Below are positions 61,029-64,000 of a DNA stretch of 64,000 nt, piece after piece. Within the stretch, counting starts at the first letter, position 1. Each line of letters begins with the position of its first letter. Both the position numbers and the translations under genes were made by a program. The notes under the pieces were generated by a model that worked only from the letters and a program-made list of their open reading frames with translations, was not told the DNA's origin and made no database searches. The DNA comes from Raillietiella orientalis (lineage: Eukaryota): contig JAYWIR010000021.1 in the NCBI GenBank assembly GCA_036172245.1, positions 3,162,001 to 3,226,000 on the forward strand, given 5' to 3'.

Positions 61029-64000
61029 TTTTTTTTTTTTTTTTTTTCAAATTTGAGACGAAAAAATATGTAACTACTTTTTTGATTTTGCAATCCCCAA
61101 CGTGAAGAACTTTTTGCAAGAACACCCAGCATACGGAAGATTTACGATAAAAAGGCTCGACAAAATTTGCAAATTTGGGCTTGCAACATGGTGAAATTAG
61201 ATTCTACATGTTTGTGATGCCAAAGTGTCCTTTGCATCACAATAGGAGCCCAAGCCGAACAATCAAAGCATTTGTGCGTATGCAAAGCGAAGCAGCCGCA
61301 CATCTCCCGTTGCCCGCGTGGACGTCCATCGGTAAAAAAATAGGTGATGGGGGTTGGCACCCGAGTTGTTGATAATTAGCCCCATCAAATTTAGAGACGC
61401 AAATGTGTACACGAAGTGATCTTGATAAAGCTTTTGCTCGTTATCCCGGCGAAAGCATTGAGGGCTCGCCAGACAAAAAGAAACGCCACCTCCAGAACTG
61501 GAGTCCCGGAATCTTTTTTAGGTTCTCGAAAAGCAGTTTTCATCCCTCAGTGTTGCTGTAAGCAAACTAAAGCATGTGCTAAGTGCTTTTTGGGAACTTT
61601 CATTTGCAGACTGCATTTGCAAGAAAGCAAATACGATAAGAAGAACGTATTGACGTATGATGTCGCTTTTGATCTCCATCCACTGAAATGTGTCAATTTT
61701 AAAAACACTGTGCAGTAAAGTGCATCTCTGAGATCACATCATTTTACTTTACCTACACAGCACTCAAAAGCCTCTTATTGTGTGATTACTGTCAAACTGT
61801 TCATCAGCAGAATACTAAAGCATCTGCTTCTGTTCAAGATATCAATATTACTTTTTGTTGCTATCGATGCCTTTACTAGCAAATATCAGATGATGACAGA
61901 GAAGAAGTTGCTGTTGGAAAGGCAACAGACATCAAAATTGTACATATCAAGTAATAGGGCTTTTTCGATCCCAAAATAGGAGACACATTTATTTATCCTA
62001 AAGTAGACTGCTGTCATATATCCTGTGACCCGCTACTGTGTCTACAGAAAACAAAGGTTTTTCTTGTTATTCCGCTGCAAGCTGGAAAGTACAGTTTTGA
62101 TTGAATTAATCAGAGAATCAAACGAATCCACTTTCCCAGCTCTCAAATTTCCAGAAGATAAATGTAGGATGGACTGGAGAAAAAAGAATTCTTCGGGAAA
62201 TGCGTCTCTGTAAGTCATCATCCATCCTTCGTGAGCACTGCTTTTGCATTGAAGAGATTTATTACCATCGATCATTTGGATGCTGATGACAAAATATGTG
62301 TATACGCAATGGGACACAAGAAGAATTCTAATCGGCAAAGGTTAATGAGATGGTTGCTGCCTTCCTCCAAAGTCATTGATTCCCACTTCCATAGGCAAAG
62401 GACTGCACAGATGAAGTCGTTGATTTCCAGACCTTGATTCATTATTCTGTGCGGATGTTCGGTCAAAGGTCAAACCCACTCTTGTGGGTTTCTACCTTCA
62501 GTAGCGGGACTGAAACACATTTGAGAACTTGGCCCGCCAGTGTTTTCCACCGTAAGCATGAACGCACTTTTGCCATTGGGTTTTGCACAACCGAGAACTA
62601 CACTTTTAATGAGGCATGAGAGGTTTGCACTCAGCTTTGGCATGTTTTGGGCACTCTACCCAAGTAGGATAAAGTAGTGCTCTGGCAGTGTGTGTGATGG
62701 TTTCCGTTTCCTTGCATGCCAGATAGACACGCGATATGTTGTCTTTTCGCCAGAAATTCTACATGTTGGAGAAAACAGGTAACTCTTCGGTTACCTGTTT
62801 CCAACGACACATCACGAAAAGAGGTTAACAAAAAATCTGATAGAATTCTTAGATCTTTTGTGTTTTTCGGACACCTTGTATATGATTCAGCATTTTGTTG
62901 ATTGTTTGCGTCAGCTCTCCGCAACTGTGAGCTAGCTGATGGCCGGAGCTACTTCAATCGATCTTACGGATGCAACCACCCGTGCGAAGCATCTAGAGCT
63001 GTCACAACGTTCATAAAGCTGTCTTTTTTGAAGGATGGTCACCTGCAGAGGCGTCAGTATCAGAGCAAAATTCTGCGATAAAAAAAAAAAAGCTGCTAGG
63101 GAAGCAGCAAATAGATTTCCACAGGATTTCCATCGTCCTAGGCCAATAGTAATGATCTCCTCGAGAGATCGCTACTCCCTTTGTAAAGAAAAGAAAAAAA
63201 GAAAAAACTCTTCGAGATATTCAGGTTCTCCCTTTGTTTTTAATCCAGCTATTTGAGAAGGATCGTTAGGTTTGGTGCTTCTTCTGAAGGAAATATGGCG
63301 AGTCCTGCCGCGAAGTGAGAAGCTTGAGTTTCATGAAAAATAAAAATTATACAAGATATTGAAGGAGCACCGAAAACGCACTCCAAAGGAAGTTTTAGAG
63401 AGCTGGATCGTAGAGCTAGATCGTGCTGTAAAGATGCACGCAGCAGATTGCCTCTTAGGACTAAAGACCCCTAAGAGGAAAATACAATGCAGCAATGCAA
63501 GAAAGAGATGGATCAGTTGGGATTACAAATTGTAGATCTGGTTGTTCCCTTTTAAGCTCAGTCAAAGATTGATTTCGAAAAAGCATAAAATAAAAGCGTT
63601 CCGAGGTGAAAAGCTCTGCATTTTGACTTACAGCCGTGGGTCAAAATGCAGAGTCAAAGTGACTTCTTTCTGCTTCTCTGGTTATCGGTTTCGATTACTC
63701 CGGCGACATAAGCTATTGCTCTGCTTCCGGACTGCTAAAAATTATATTGCAAATTTGTGAATAAGAATAAGACCCGAGAGACTATGATAAGGCAGTGAAG
63801 GTCTTGATAGTCACATGAACTCTCCGGTAGTCACGATGGAGAGGGCGTCCGCTTTCGGATTTGTTCTTAGTATGCAATTGTTTGTCATCACATCTATTTG
63901 AAAGCATTGGAACACTAGAATAAGATTCCAAGTTCCTTTCCCTACAGCATCCTATTATGGAGTGGACCTTAATGCTAGGCCAATCAGATTGACCGGACAC
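61029..64000 (-). mobile_element. Degenerate LINE relic, copy K (runs off the right edge)
   Basis: T19 on + at 61029-61047 (poly-A tail on -); zinc-finger-like 'MCGCFALHTHKCFDC' (~61258-61305); post-RT 'WKWESMTLEEGSNHLINL' (~62338-62392, cf. W...LSxxGRxxLIN); 'FRDVSLETGNRR' (~62783-62820). Confidence 0.5.

Overview
Eukaryotic (arthropod-like invertebrate) genomic DNA in two compartments. (1) An AT-rich, compact gene island at ~50-61 kb holds three intron-containing genes that I could splice by hand: integrin-linked kinase (ILK, +), a SUPT7L/STAF65-gamma SAGA subunit (+) starting 247 nt after the ILK stop, and a convergent Tramtrack-type BTB gene (-) with an unusual helical C-terminal domain. 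Most introns are only 38-54 nt. (2) Positions ~1-49.9 kb are GC/CpG-rich and have no intact gene. Read on the minus strand, they show repeated, frameshifted, heavily decayed motifs of L1/Tx1-like non-LTR retrotransposons in canonical order: ORF1 zinc knuckle, APE endonuclease, RT, C-terminal zinc finger, A-rich tail. I infer about 11 co-oriented, largely head-to-tail relic copies, plus further minus-strand relics at ~56-57.7 kb and 61-64 kb. The LINE calls rest on degenerate motifs recognised by eye, so element boundaries are approximate and need HMM/tblastn confirmation.
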